The notes below the pieces were generated by a model. That model saw nothing but the letters and a program-made list of their open reading frames with translations. It made no database searches and was not told the DNA's origin. A stretch of 64,000 nt of DNA, from assembly GCA_964615235.1 (NCBI GenBank), contig CAZTMK010000010.1:2118-66117 (forward strand), given 5' to 3'. Origin of the DNA: an uncultured Thermoplasmatales archaeon. Lineage in GTDB: Archaea; Thermoplasmatota; E2; DHVEG-1. The position numbers and the translations under genes are program-made. This document shows positions 27,309 to 37,556 of this stretch, one piece after another; the first letter of the stretch is position 1, and each line of letters begins with the position of its first letter.

Positions 27309-28271
27309 TTGATGCCTCAAACAACCTTGCCGGAAATCCTTTCTAAAATCGTAAGAGATATGGTTATGAACGGGAAAAGCAAGATAGAAACGGCAAACGA
27401 GCTTGGCATCAGCTATTACCAAGTGAAAAAGTACACCAAGGACATCACCGTTATTCAAAGGATCCCTTTGGAAGTTGAACAAAAGATAAGAGCAGACATA
27501 AGGAAAGGCCAATCAATAAGAAATGTTGCCAAGAAGCTAAAAGTCTCAAGGGATTCGGTGATCAAATACGCAAGGGACATTCCCAAAAAACAGAAATTTA
27601 TGAATAAAAGATCGCCCGAATTCATACAGGAAATAAGAGATAATTTAAGGAAATACGGCTCAAAGATGAAAACGGCTAGTAAGATGGGGCTTTCCTATGG
27701 AACGGTATGTTATTACACCAGAGATATCATAAAACAAAAAATAATTTCAAAAAAGGAAATAAAAGAAATAAGCGAAATGTTAATGAATGGGACACCAAAG
27801 GGTGAAATTGCCAAAAAACTTAACATTTCTAAAAATACGGTAACCAAATATACATCAGGCAGGGGAGGAGGTCCCCATCTAAAGGGCAGAACCGTGGAAA
27901 TCCTGCAGCAACTGTTGGGAGACGGTTATTATTTTCCCAAAAGAGGTGAAAACTCATACTGTTATACGTTAAGAATACATTTACCAATGATTTGCAAGGT
28001 GACAATGAGGAGCAGGACGATACTTTTTCTGGAAGATAAATCGGACGTCGCTATAAGGGCATATCTTTCATCACTGGATAAGAGGATATCAAATTATCAT
28101 AAACTCAAGCAGGTAATTAAAGTATTCAAAACCAGCATAGCCAACGAGGAAAAAAAGAAATATGTCAAAAAGAAAAGATCAAAGAAAGTTGGACATCGCG
28201 AGGATTTTTCAGGTGCACCCCCTCAAGAAAATGACGATTCCTTCGTAAAAAATGTAATTTCGATCTACTGA
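27309..28271 (+). CDS. DNA-binding protein with four tandem helix-turn-helix modules
   Basis: Four repeats with a period of about 50 aa: ANELGISYYQVKKYTKDI / VAKKLKVSRDSVIKYARDI / ASKMGLSYGTVCYYTRDI / IAKKLNISKNTVTKYTSG. Confidence 0.6.
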   Translation: MMPQTTLPEILSKIVRDMVMNGKSKIETANELGISYYQVKKYTKDITVIQRIPLEVEQKIRADIRKGQSIRNVAKKLKVSRDSVIKYARDIPKKQKFMNKRSPEFIQEIRDNLRKYGSKMKTASKMGLSYGTVCYYTRDIIKQKIISKKEIKEISEMLMNGTPKGEIAKKLNISKNTVTKYTSGRGGGPHLKGRTVEILQQLLGDGYYFPKRGENSYCYTLRIHLPMICKVTMRSRTILFLEDKSDVAIRAYLSSLDKRISNYHKLKQVIKVFKTSIANEEKKKYVKKKRSKKVGHREDFSGAPPQENDDSFVKNVISIY

Positions 28272-28315
28272 ATCAATCCTAAAATTTTTAAGTGGAATAA
28301 AATATATTAAAAATT

Positions 28316-28622
28316 GCTGGGAGTAGGTGGACGGTCGACGGTGAACCATTTTGGTTTGCTGAGGAAAGTCCTCCCTCGCTCTGAATTGGGAAACCACGCA
28401 AGTGGTAGGGGTGAGAATCTCTACAGAGGCGCAGAAACGACACAGCTCAAGAATAATGCAATGATTCAGCTGCTGATGAGGTCTTCTTGAGATTTGATGA
28501 AACGGCCAATCTGTCCCTGGAGCAAGCCCAAATCTTGGGATCAGTTATTCAGACTGCTCAAAGGTAGGGCGCATAGTAGAATACCGTTTAAAACAGAAGG
28601 AGGCTTACGGCCTACACCCAGC
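28316..28622 (+). ncRNA. rnpB: RNase P RNA (archaeal)
   Basis: P1 pairing GCTGGGAGTAGG (5') with CCTACACCCAGC (3'). CR-I GAGGAAAGTCC at 28361-28371. CR-V ACAGAAGGAGGCTTAC near 28592-28607. About 307 nt, a GC-rich island in AT-rich DNA. Confidence 0.9.
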
Positions 28623-28729
28623 TACTTTTTATCTTAATAAATTCTTTTTGAGGTTTTCTAATAAAAATTTAATTTTTTCCGGAAAAAAGTTCATATCTTA
28701 ATTCAAGATATATATTTCCTCTATTTCAG

Positions 28730-30454
28730 TTGAATCATTTTAAGATTTATAAAAAAGGTGGAGAAATGAATTTTCAAAACAAAAAGAAATTGAGTTATAT
28801 GCACATGGGTTCTAAAAAACAATTACTATGGACAACTATTGGAGATAGATTAAAATATGCAGCAGAAAAATTTCCAAAAAATGATGCTTTAGTAGCAGTT
28901 TGGAAAAAGGAGAGATATTCTTATGAGCATTTTTATAAAATATGCAGAAGAGCTGCTAAAGGTTTAATTGATATGGGGGTGAAAAAAGGAGACTGTGTTG
29001 GTATATGGGCAACAAATTATACAGAATGGGTAATAACTCAATTTTCAACCGCAATGATCGGTGCGGTACTTGTAACAATAAATCCTGCTCTTCGTGAACA
29101 TGAACTTGAATATATTTTAAGGGATTCAGAATGTCAAACATTGATTTTAATAGAGAAATTTAAATCTTCAAAATATCTTGATATGTTTTACAATATTTTT
29201 CCTGAAGCAAAAACTCAAATGCCTGGGAAATTATATTCATACAAATTTCCAAATTTAAAAAATGTTATTATTTTAAGTAAGGAAGGCAGACCTGGGATGT
29301 ACACCGCAAATGATGTTTTAATTCATGGAAAACAGGTTTCAAATGATAAGTTAGAAAAAATACAGGATAATCTTGATCCTGATGATATAATAAATATCCA
29401 ATATACATCAGGAACTACCGGTTTTCCAAAAGGAGTTAGTTTAACTCATCATAATATCATAAATAACGCTTATCTAGTCGGAGAAAACCTAAATTTCACA
29501 AACAAGGATAGATTGTGTATTCCTGTTCCTTTTTACCATTGTTTTGGAATGGTATTATCAAATATGCTCTGTGTAAATTATGGAGCAACAATGGTTATTC
29601 CAAATGAATTTTTTGATCCATTCTTAACCCTTAAAGCAGTCGAAGATGAGAAATGTACTGCAATGCATGGGGTTCCAACTATGTTTATAACACAGATAGA
29701 ACGCCTTAAGTTTGATACAGTAAATCTTTCAAGCCTGAGAACTGGGATTATGGCTGGTGCGCCTTGTCCAATTGAACTCATGAAAAAAGTAAGAAACAAG
29801 ATGGGAATAAAAGACATAACAATATGTTACGGGCTTACTGAAGCATCACCTGTCACAAATCAAACCCGGTTTGACGATCCAGTTGAAATACGTGTTGAAA
29901 CCGTCGGTAAACCACTTCAACACACAGAAATTAAGATAATCAATCCAGATACTGGAAAAGTGGTGCCTATAGGGATTCAAGGTGAAATATGCGTAAGAGG
30001 ATTCCAGATAATGAAAGGATACCATAAAAAACCAATTGAAACCAAAATAACAGTTGATGAAAATGGTTGGTTACATACTGGAGATATTGGCACTCTAGAT
30101 CAAAATGGATACTGTAAAATTACAGGTAGACTTAAAAATATGATAATACGGGGAGGAGAAAACATCTATCCACGTGAAATAGAAGAATATCTTCACACAC
30201 ATCCAGATGTAATAGATGTTAATGTGTTTGGAGTTCCTGATGAAAAATATGGCGAGGAAATCGCAGCTTGGATTAAAATCAGAGAAAAATCAAAAATAAA
30301 AGAAGAAGATATTAAAAATTATTGCAAGGGAAAAATATCACATCAGAAGATACCAAAATATATCAAATTTGTTGACGAATTCCCAATGACTGTTACAGGA
30401 AAGATACAGAAATTCAGAATGAAGGAAATTTACACACAAGAGCTAGGTTTATAA
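28730..30454 (+). CDS. AMP-forming acyl-CoA synthetase / fatty-acid-CoA ligase
   Basis: IQYTSGTTGFPKGVSLTHHN (AMP-binding motif), GYGLTE-like CYGLTEASP, GWLHTGDIG...ITGRLKNMIIRGGENIYPREIE. Probable start at ATG 28766. Confidence 0.85.
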   Translation: MNHFKIYKKGGEMNFQNKKKLSYMHMGSKKQLLWTTIGDRLKYAAEKFPKNDALVAVWKKERYSYEHFYKICRRAAKGLIDMGVKKGDCVGIWATNYTEWVITQFSTAMIGAVLVTINPALREHELEYILRDSECQTLILIEKFKSSKYLDMFYNIFPEAKTQMPGKLYSYKFPNLKNVIILSKEGRPGMYTANDVLIHGKQVSNDKLEKIQDNLDPDDIINIQYTSGTTGFPKGVSLTHHNIINNAYLVGENLNFTNKDRLCIPVPFYHCFGMVLSNMLCVNYGATMVIPNEFFDPFLTLKAVEDEKCTAMHGVPTMFITQIERLKFDTVNLSSLRTGIMAGAPCPIELMKKVRNKMGIKDITICYGLTEASPVTNQTRFDDPVEIRVETVGKPLQHTEIKIINPDTGKVVPIGIQGEICVRGFQIMKGYHKKPIETKITVDENGWLHTGDIGTLDQNGYCKITGRLKNMIIRGGENIYPREIEEYLHTHPDVIDVNVFGVPDEKYGEEIAAWIKIREKSKIKEEDIKNYCKGKISHQKIPKYIKFVDEFPMTVTGKIQKFRMKEIYTQELGL

Positions 30455-30474
30455 TTTTTTAATAAAAACACCAA

Positions 30475-33390
30475 TTATTTAAAAAATAAATGGTAAATCC
30501 AGGGAAAACACCTTAGAAATTGTTCAAGGATCTGTTGAATGCTGAAAAACTTATTTTTTGGTGTCGAAAGAGTTATCCTAACAGAACAAGTATCATCTTC
30601 ATTGTGCCTATTTTGTATAATAATCTTTCCAGAAAATGATGTTTCTTTTTGATCTGGTGCAGTGACGACCACAGTCACCGTTTGCAATCCATCTGCAGGT
30701 GCCAGATCCTCTCCGTGATCTGGATTAAAGGTCCAGTTACCCCAGTCAGGCCATTCAATTATATACCAATCTAGCAAAGATCCCTCTGCGCCTACATTTT
30801 CTATATGAAAACTTCCTTGGTTAACACTTCCCGGTTTCACATTTGACCAGGAAAGACTACTAACAGAACGTAGATCTGATACGTAGGTCCATCCATCCTC
30901 TCTTATGAATGGATACAAATCCTGACTGCTTCCACCAGAGATATTGTAGGGTGTATCTCCAATGTCATCACCATCCGCATCTTTACCCTTGTAATCATCC
31001 CAAAAATTACCCTTAAGCAGTGTTGGATTGTACCACGAATTATCACCTTCATCATACGCATTAACCGTATTGCCAACGTAACTATTATGATAAATAACGT
31101 TATCTTCACTGAGGGAAGTTAGCTTAATGCCATATTCATTATCACTTATCTTATTTCCTTGGATAATCGTATCTAACGAATCATCCAGTCTGATACCATA
31201 TTCATTCCCATCGATGTTATTATCCTTGATAATAGCATCAGAAGAACCATCTACTTTGATACCAACACTTCCATTTTGAATAGTAAAACTCGTAATACTG
31301 CAACCATTCGAACTAACCAATATAACGGCATCGCTTCCACTACCATCAATAACCGGTTGGTTATTTTCCTCACCAATTAAACAAATGCCCTTATGCACAA
31401 CAACATTCTCATAATACGTTCCACCGTCAACCTTAATCGTATGACCATCCATAGTATCGGAATCATCTATTGCCACTTGAATAGAATTAAATGCTTCACC
31501 CGTATCAACATTGTGAACCAGAACATTTTGACATCCATCAATTCGAAGACTCGGATCGCCATAAAGATTAAATCCATATATGTTTACATCACCTATTCCA
31601 CCTCCGTACTCGTCAGTATACAACTTCGATTGGAACAGAGATTCAGCTACTGTTTGAGATTCATTTAGAAGATAATGATGAAAATGATAATTAAGGGCTA
31701 AATTACCATGAAATTCATCACTATCTATTGACCAACCGGCAATTGAGATTCTTGTCGCACCAATAAACGCAACCGCTCCATTGTTTACAAGAGCTGTTCC
31801 GAGGTTATCGTCATCATCAGGGTTGGCATTATTGCAACTAATTGAAAAAACAATAGAGGGTTTTTTATCATTTAACATAGATACATAGCTACTTTGAAGA
31901 AAGGGATACCATTCTTCCTTCCACCATCGCCACACTAATCGGTAGGCTCTGTTTGCACTACCATGAGCATGCCATGATACCAGCCCATAGCCATTAGGCC
32001 AAATATTTAGAACATTTGATTTAGTGATAGGATAATCGCAGGGAATCTTAGACGGGTGCCATCCTTCTTTTTCATACATAGTCGTAATATCATATTCCCT
32101 CGGTTGCAAAATATCTCTTTTCAGTTTTTCCATAAATCGATCGCTACAATCGTCAAAAGGAACCGTTTTCGCACCGAGTAATAATGCTTTTTGTTTCCAT
32201 CCACTATCGTCCTGTTCAAACAACATAGTTTTTGTACAAAAGTTTTGGATACCTACTCGATCATCCAAAGGGATTCTCCCAACATATAATTCTGGATAGT
32301 AATCAGAATCATCATCCCTTCTTTCACCATAAAAACCATCACCATCGGTATCCCAGTCTCCGGTAAGATCTGCATAATAGTGATCAGTTGGAATTTTCCA
32401 ATCATAGCTATCATGGTTCTCAGGATCGGGATAGCAATACCGCATAGGAATAGAATGATGGCTGCCAACCAGCAGTACATATTTTATGCCCCATTCAGCA
32501 TACTTATCAATCAGGAAATTTCTAATTTGCTCTGGTTTGTCCTTACCTTCATAATTTGTGTAAATATAAGAGGTATTAACAATTTTAACATTATATCCAA
32601 CAGTTTCTTTCCATTGTTTGAAATCCATAAGTGCTGATATTAAAGATTCATTAGCGATAATGATATAATCATAATGTTCTGAATTTGACAAAGCACAAGG
32701 ATAGAATAATTTTATTTCATCGTAGTTGTAAATCTTTTTTGAAACAAAATCATCTAGAACTGTATCTGATAATAACTCCTCAGATGGTTCAGTTGTTGTT
32801 TCATACTCAATTTTTAAAGTAATAGTTGTATACAGTGTTAATTCCCCAGTTAAGGGAATACATTGAAAGGGATTAAACTGAATTTGAGCAAAGCTAAACT
32901 TTCTAATCTGTCCCATCCCATTAAAATTGTAAATATTTGGGGGATAAGGGTTTATCGAGTTGTAGACATCATTGTTTATAACGGATTTAAAAGATGTCGA
33001 ACCATTCAATATATTTGGTAAGAATGCTGCAATATCAAATGTTTCATTGAGATGAATATGACTTTCATCTATAAGTTCAATTTGGGTTACATGGGCAGAT
33101 GGAGGAAGACCAATAAGATATGTTTTAGAGAGAAGATGTGGACAACCAGGTTCATAAATATTGCTGAAACCTTGCATGTTGATTTCTGTTTTTCCTTCAT
33201 TATTTTGTTCAAACTCATAGGGTGCAGAATTTAGTGTAATAACCATTGAATCCTCTTCAAATAACTGAGATTCATCTGCAGCGATAACAAAATATGAATT
33301 CTGATCAATTGAAAAACCCAAAAAAAGATTACTTCCAAAAAACAACCCAATCAATAAAACACTACATATTTTGGTTCTATTCAAGTACAT
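30475..33390 (-). CDS. Secreted peptidase C25 (gingipain-like) domain protein fused to beta-helix (PbH1) repeats
   Basis: Signal peptide. YVLLVGSHHSIPMRY, YYADLTGDWDTDGDGFYGE...YVGRIP, His/Cys dyad contexts VSWHAHGS and IVFSISCNNANP. C-terminal FNSIQVAIDDSDTMDGHTIKVDGGTYYENV plus N-x-I repeats. Confidence 0.6.
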   Translation of the reverse strand: MYLNRTKICSVLLIGLFFGSNLFLGFSIDQNSYFVIAADESQLFEEDSMVITLNSAPYEFEQNNEGKTEINMQGFSNIYEPGCPHLLSKTYLIGLPPSAHVTQIELIDESHIHLNETFDIAAFLPNILNGSTSFKSVINNDVYNSINPYPPNIYNFNGMGQIRKFSFAQIQFNPFQCIPLTGELTLYTTITLKIEYETTTEPSEELLSDTVLDDFVSKKIYNYDEIKLFYPCALSNSEHYDYIIIANESLISALMDFKQWKETVGYNVKIVNTSYIYTNYEGKDKPEQIRNFLIDKYAEWGIKYVLLVGSHHSIPMRYCYPDPENHDSYDWKIPTDHYYADLTGDWDTDGDGFYGERRDDDSDYYPELYVGRIPLDDRVGIQNFCTKTMLFEQDDSGWKQKALLLGAKTVPFDDCSDRFMEKLKRDILQPREYDITTMYEKEGWHPSKIPCDYPITKSNVLNIWPNGYGLVSWHAHGSANRAYRLVWRWWKEEWYPFLQSSYVSMLNDKKPSIVFSISCNNANPDDDDNLGTALVNNGAVAFIGATRISIAGWSIDSDEFHGNLALNYHFHHYLLNESQTVAESLFQSKLYTDEYGGGIGDVNIYGFNLYGDPSLRIDGCQNVLVHNVDTGEAFNSIQVAIDDSDTMDGHTIKVDGGTYYENVVVHKGICLIGEENNQPVIDGSGSDAVILVSSNGCSITSFTIQNGSVGIKVDGSSDAIIKDNNIDGNEYGIRLDDSLDTIIQGNKISDNEYGIKLTSLSEDNVIYHNSYVGNTVNAYDEGDNSWYNPTLLKGNFWDDYKGKDADGDDIGDTPYNISGGSSQDLYPFIREDGWTYVSDLRSVSSLSWSNVKPGSVNQGSFHIENVGAEGSLLDWYIIEWPDWGNWTFNPDHGEDLAPADGLQTVTVVVTAPDQKETSFSGKIIIQNRHNEDDTCSVRITLSTPKNKFFSIQQILEQFLRCFPWIYHLFFK

Positions 33391-33644
33391 TTTTTTCCTC
33401 CAATCGAATTAAATATTTAGCCTAACCTAAAATGAAAATCAGGTCAAATATACAATAATACAATATTTACATAGATACACCAATATAAAAATTATTTGAC
33501 CAGCCTATAAATAAGATTTAAGTGTATTTTTATGTCTATAATTAAATTAATCAGCATAAAAAAATATCTGTCATCAGAAAAATAACAAGAAAGTTATATC
33601 GATGAAATCTGTAGGGAAATAAGGTATTTAAAAAAGATAGGTGT

Positions 33645-34925
33645 TTAAACGCCCTCAGGAGGAAATGCATCCTGCTGGAATTTAGTAGATAACTCTTGCT
33701 TAATTACTTCTGCTAAGCGCTTTATACCTTCGCGGATACTATCATCATCAGAATAGGAAAAGTTTAATCTCATTGAGTTGTAATTTCCCCCTTCTGGGTA
33801 GAATGCCTCACCCAGCACGTATGCAACTTTTTTTGCAAGTGCCTTCTGAAACATTAACCTAGTATCTATGTTTTTTGGTAAAGTGATCCAGATAAACATT
33901 CCGCCTTTCGGTATGGTCCACTTTATTCCAGGTGGAAAATATTCTTTTATAGAATCCAACATTATATCTCGTTTTCTTTTGTACAATTTCTTGATATTTT
34001 CTACTTGTTTGTCTAAGTAACCACCGTTAATATATTCATAGGCAACATATTGAGAAAAAACATTTGTACATAGATCCATTGCCTGTTTTGCTAATATAAA
34101 CTTATCAATTATTTCTTTTGATGCAATAACCCATCCAAGTCTAAATCCCGGTGCAAGAATTTTTGAAAATGTACTTATATAAATTACACGACCCTTCTTA
34201 TCAAGTGATTTGATAGAAGGAATTTCTTCTCCTTCGAAGACGAGTTCACTATACGGATCATCTTCAATTATCAGGAAATCATATTCTGAGGCAATATTTA
34301 ACAATTCTTTCCTGTGACCAAGGGACATTGTTTCCCCAGAAGGGTTCTGAAAAGTCGGAACAGTGTAGAGAAATTTTGGATAAACTCCTGTTCTACGAAG
34401 TCTTTCGAGATTTCTTCTAAGTGAATCTATGTCTATTCCCTCTTCATTCATTGGTATAGATTCACATTTTGCCTCCAAAGCATGAAATGCCTGGATAGCA
34501 CCAAGATAAGCAGGAACACTGGTGAGATAGGTATCTCCCGGATCCAAAAAACATAGTGCTGCAAACGAAAGAGACTGTTGTGCACCGCTTGTAATTATAA
34601 TGTTATGCATTTCACAATCGATGTGTTTTTTCTTTTTCATCCGTTCTGCTAGCACTCCTCTAAGTTGCGTTAATCCTTCTGTGGTACCATATTGTAAAGC
34701 ATCTCTGATGTGGTCTTTTTTAAAGATTTTTTCAATACATTCATGTATGACATCTACAGGAAAAGCAAGTGGGTTTGGCAAACCTCCTGCAAATGAAATC
34801 ATTCCTGGTATCTGAGTTACTTTGAGCAGTTCCCTGATTTCGGATGAACGAAGACGATTGGCTCTTTTTGAAAATAGACGTTCAATATTTACTACCACAA
34901 TAAAACCCAAGAATGCGGAACGCAA
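33645..34925 (-). CDS. PLP-dependent aminotransferase, class I/II (paralog of 3702..4922)
   Basis: ISTFSKILAPGFRLGWVIAS, SFAGGLPNP, LQYGTTEG. By alignment with the paralog (MVNLERLYS / VVNIERLFS), the true start is probably GTG near 34898. Confidence 0.85.
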   Translation of the reverse strand: MRSAFLGFIVVVNIERLFSKRANRLRSSEIRELLKVTQIPGMISFAGGLPNPLAFPVDVIHECIEKIFKKDHIRDALQYGTTEGLTQLRGVLAERMKKKKHIDCEMHNIIITSGAQQSLSFAALCFLDPGDTYLTSVPAYLGAIQAFHALEAKCESIPMNEEGIDIDSLRRNLERLRRTGVYPKFLYTVPTFQNPSGETMSLGHRKELLNIASEYDFLIIEDDPYSELVFEGEEIPSIKSLDKKGRVIYISTFSKILAPGFRLGWVIASKEIIDKFILAKQAMDLCTNVFSQYVAYEYINGGYLDKQVENIKKLYKRKRDIMLDSIKEYFPPGIKWTIPKGGMFIWITLPKNIDTRLMFQKALAKKVAYVLGEAFYPEGGNYNSMRLNFSYSDDDSIREGIKRLAEVIKQELSTKFQQDAFPPEGV

Positions 34926-35004
34926 ATGCTTATATAAAAGTTAGTATGAAATTCTTCTAAAAACATGCCAAACCCATTCAAAAACAAAATTGATAAAAAT
35001 ATTT

Positions 35005-35136
35005 TTACAAGATTCTTTTATGCCCACAAACCAAACACTTTGTATATCCTTTCCTCTTTTTAGCTGTACCAAAATAATTATGCCATGTCATTTTTTTGCA
35101 GCTATCGCAGTAATTTTTTTCTTTTATACCATTCAT
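35005..35136 (-). CDS. Mini zinc-ribbon protein, 43 aa; not in the ORF track
   Basis: MNGIKEKNYCDSCKKMTWHNYFGTAKKRKGYTKCLVCGHKRIL has two CxxC pairs. Confidence 0.35.
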   Translation of the reverse strand: MNGIKEKNYCDSCKKMTWHNYFGTAKKRKGYTKCLVCGHKRIL

Positions 35137-35320
35137 CTTCTATCCTTTTTTTCAAGAACGGGTAAAAATTTTCTAAACTATAATTTTTTTAATAAATTTC
35201 CGTGAAATTTATCTAACTACTCCAGTAAATATTTGCTTGCTAAATCTGAAAGCTATGCTGCAAAGGAAAAATTTCCTCGTTTATAATTCTAAGTATTTTT
35301 ATTACTTTTTATTTGCGTGC

Positions 35321-35476
35321 TCATGATTGAAGTTTACCTCTGATTTCCTCCAATTTTTCCCTCATATCTAGTATGAGATCTATAATTAGTTTCTGCATTC
35401 TAATACTTGGGTTATTGGCCAAATCAACGTCTTTGAACAATTCAAAATATTCCTCAATTTCCTCTTTTGTCACCAT
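35321..35476 (-). CDS. Possible small helical protein, 51 aa; not in the ORF track
   Basis: MVTKEEIEEYFELFKDVDLANNPSIRMQKLIIDLILDMREKLEEIRGKLQS reads as protein-like amphipathic helices. The opposing listed + ORF reads as low-complexity hydrophobic sequence. Confidence 0.25.
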   Translation of the reverse strand: MVTKEEIEEYFELFKDVDLANNPSIRMQKLIIDLILDMREKLEEIRGKLQS

Positions 35477-35573
35477 AATTATCAAAATACTTATCGCTAG
35501 TTTATTTAAAATCTTTAATATTTTAATGTCAAATCTATTTCAGATATTTTTAAAAAAACAGGTTTTGTGTTAT

Positions 35574-35798
35574 TTAGTCTATTGTGGTAAATTTCAAAAT
35601 TACTCCTGATCCTTTAAGTCTTGATTGGACTCTATCTATAAATCTTAGAACTTCACTAAAAGTGGCCTTATACTTCCACCTATGAACAAAATCATGTTGA
35701 CCAAAAGAGATTTCGAGTCCCATATCTAATAGTTTTTCAGTTATAATCGATGCCTTTTCACCTTCAGAAGTTATTGATATCTCAACGTAGGTATTCAT
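35574..35798 (-). CDS. Hypothetical small protein (74 aa)
   Basis: ORF with balanced composition. No motif recognised. Confidence 0.4.
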   Translation of the reverse strand: MNTYVEISITSEGEKASIITEKLLDMGLEISFGQHDFVHRWKYKATFSEVLRFIDRVQSRLKGSGVILKFTTID

Positions 35799-36199
35799 AT
35801 TTTTAATTTTAATTTATATTTATTAAGGATTTATTGTACAAGTGTTATCACGATTGCATGTTTACAGTAAAATAGGATAAAACAGTACTTTTGATATACT
35901 TTCCATATTTATAACATAAAAAACTGATGTAGAAATTGATTTTTATCTTAGAAAAATTGCAAGATGTAGTAAAAGTATCCTTATACCTTTTGGATACAAA
36001 AAAGAATATTTTGAGAAAATGCTGTATCAATTGAAATTAGTAAAAAATTAATGTTTTTTATGTAGGAAGAAAGCAAAAACCTTCCGGCATTTGGTATTTT
36101 TTCATCTTGGTATTTTTGCGAATAATGTTTAAATACAAATATTGACAAAGCTTACCGTGTTAGATAATAACACGTATATATCTAACATGGTATGGTAGG

Positions 36200-37210
36200 A
36201 TGAGATGGAAAGTATTTAGATGGATTGTACTGTTGCTTATATGTTTACTTTTAAATCCTGTAAGTGTATCTGCTATAGAGTCAAACTCATTGAAATCAAT
36301 AATTTTTGTTTCAAAAAATGCCGAGGGGGATTACCCAACAATCAAAGAAGCAATAAAAAATGCAGATGAAGGGGCAATAATCTATATTGGCGAAGGTTAT
36401 TATGATGAATCTATTAATATAAATAAAAAAATAATTTTAATTGGTCAAGATAAGATTAAAACAATTATCAATCCCATCTCTATAGAAAATGCATACGCAA
36501 TTCGTCTTGGGGCTCCAGGGGTAGAGGTAAAAAACCTTACTATTATAAATGGGGCCCCAGGATTATACACAACTGGAATAAAAATTACGAGCATGGGAAA
36601 CATAATAGAGAACTGCGTTATTGAAGATACTCCTGTAGGCATTGCAATATGGAGTTCGGAAAACATAATAGAAAATTGTAGTTTTATAAAATGCAATGAC
36701 GAGGGAATAGCCCTGATAGGTAGCAACACGCGCAAATGTGAAAAAAACCAAATCAAAAACTGTAGCTTTTATTCAAACTGTGATGGTATTGAGTTACAGC
36801 ACTCGTCAAATAACTTAATTATAGACTGTACATTTAGGGAGAATTATCATACCGGTATAGACGCAATAAAAGAAAAAAACAACAATAATACCATTGCTTA
36901 TTGTACAATTACTAACAATGACGTCCATGGCGTATATCTCTCAGCATCATCAGAAAATAGAATTATAAAATGTGATATAACTGAAAATCGGGATGGCAAT
37001 ATCTATATAGATAAGGAATCGATTAATAACGAAATAATTCCTACAATTTCAACAAACACGGAAGAGAAAGAACAAAATTTTATTACTTCAAACACTCCAC
37101 AATATTACAGTAGTACAAGGGAAAATGATGCCAGTAAACCTTCGACTCTTAACAATATTTTTGAGATTTTCAATTCGTTTATTGAATCGATTTTAAAAAT
37201 TTTTAATTAA
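36200..37210 (+). CDS. Secreted right-handed beta-helix repeat protein (NosD/PbH1-like)
   Basis: Signal peptide. YPTIKEAIKNADEGAIIYIGEGYYDESININKKIILIGQ, then repeated N-x-I-x-x-C/N turns. Confidence 0.7.
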   Translation: MRWKVFRWIVLLLICLLLNPVSVSAIESNSLKSIIFVSKNAEGDYPTIKEAIKNADEGAIIYIGEGYYDESININKKIILIGQDKIKTIINPISIENAYAIRLGAPGVEVKNLTIINGAPGLYTTGIKITSMGNIIENCVIEDTPVGIAIWSSENIIENCSFIKCNDEGIALIGSNTRKCEKNQIKNCSFYSNCDGIELQHSSNNLIIDCTFRENYHTGIDAIKEKNNNNTIAYCTITNNDVHGVYLSASSENRIIKCDITENRDGNIYIDKESINNEIIPTISTNTEEKEQNFITSNTPQYYSSTRENDASKPSTLNNIFEIFNSFIESILKIFN

Positions 37211-37242
37211 TCGGTTTCAATAAAAAAAATAAGAATTAGTAT

Positions 37243-37404
37243 TTAAGTATCCTTTTGCCCCGTAACAGCAATAGTAAAAAGTCCAGATATTGCGGTAAGA
37301 ACAAAAAATAAAATCTCAACTATTGCAGATGAAAGAAGAATGCCAGTAATACCTATCGCTGAAATAATAGGCCCTACGAAAGACATAATTTTTTTCTTCA
37401 CCAT
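37243..37404 (-). CDS. Possible small two-TM membrane protein, 53 aa; not in the ORF track
   Basis: MVKKKIMSFVGPIISAIGITGILLSSAIVEILFFVLTAISGLFTIAVTGQKDT. Confidence 0.3.
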   Translation of the reverse strand: MVKKKIMSFVGPIISAIGITGILLSSAIVEILFFVLTAISGLFTIAVTGQKDT

Positions 37405-37556
37405 ACAGTCGTAGAATCAAACCAAATAATACTATTTTAATATTTAGGTCGCATTTTCGTCTTTAAACGAAATAATAATATTAGCATCATGCTAATCAAA
37501 ACTTCATTTTTACAATTTGAAAAGTAAAGCTTAAGTCTTATGACAATATTCAGTCT

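Noticed and set aside
28209-28397. 62-aa minus-strand ORF
   Set aside because: It lies across the 5' part of the RNase P RNA gene and the end of the 4xHTH gene, so it is explained by those features.
34990-35609. Plus-strand ORFs 34990..35205 and 35373..35609
   Set aside because: Their sequences are hydrophobic and low-complexity (runs of F/I/L/S). The opposite strand encodes a clean zinc-ribbon ORF and a helical ORF in line with the surrounding minus-strand genes.
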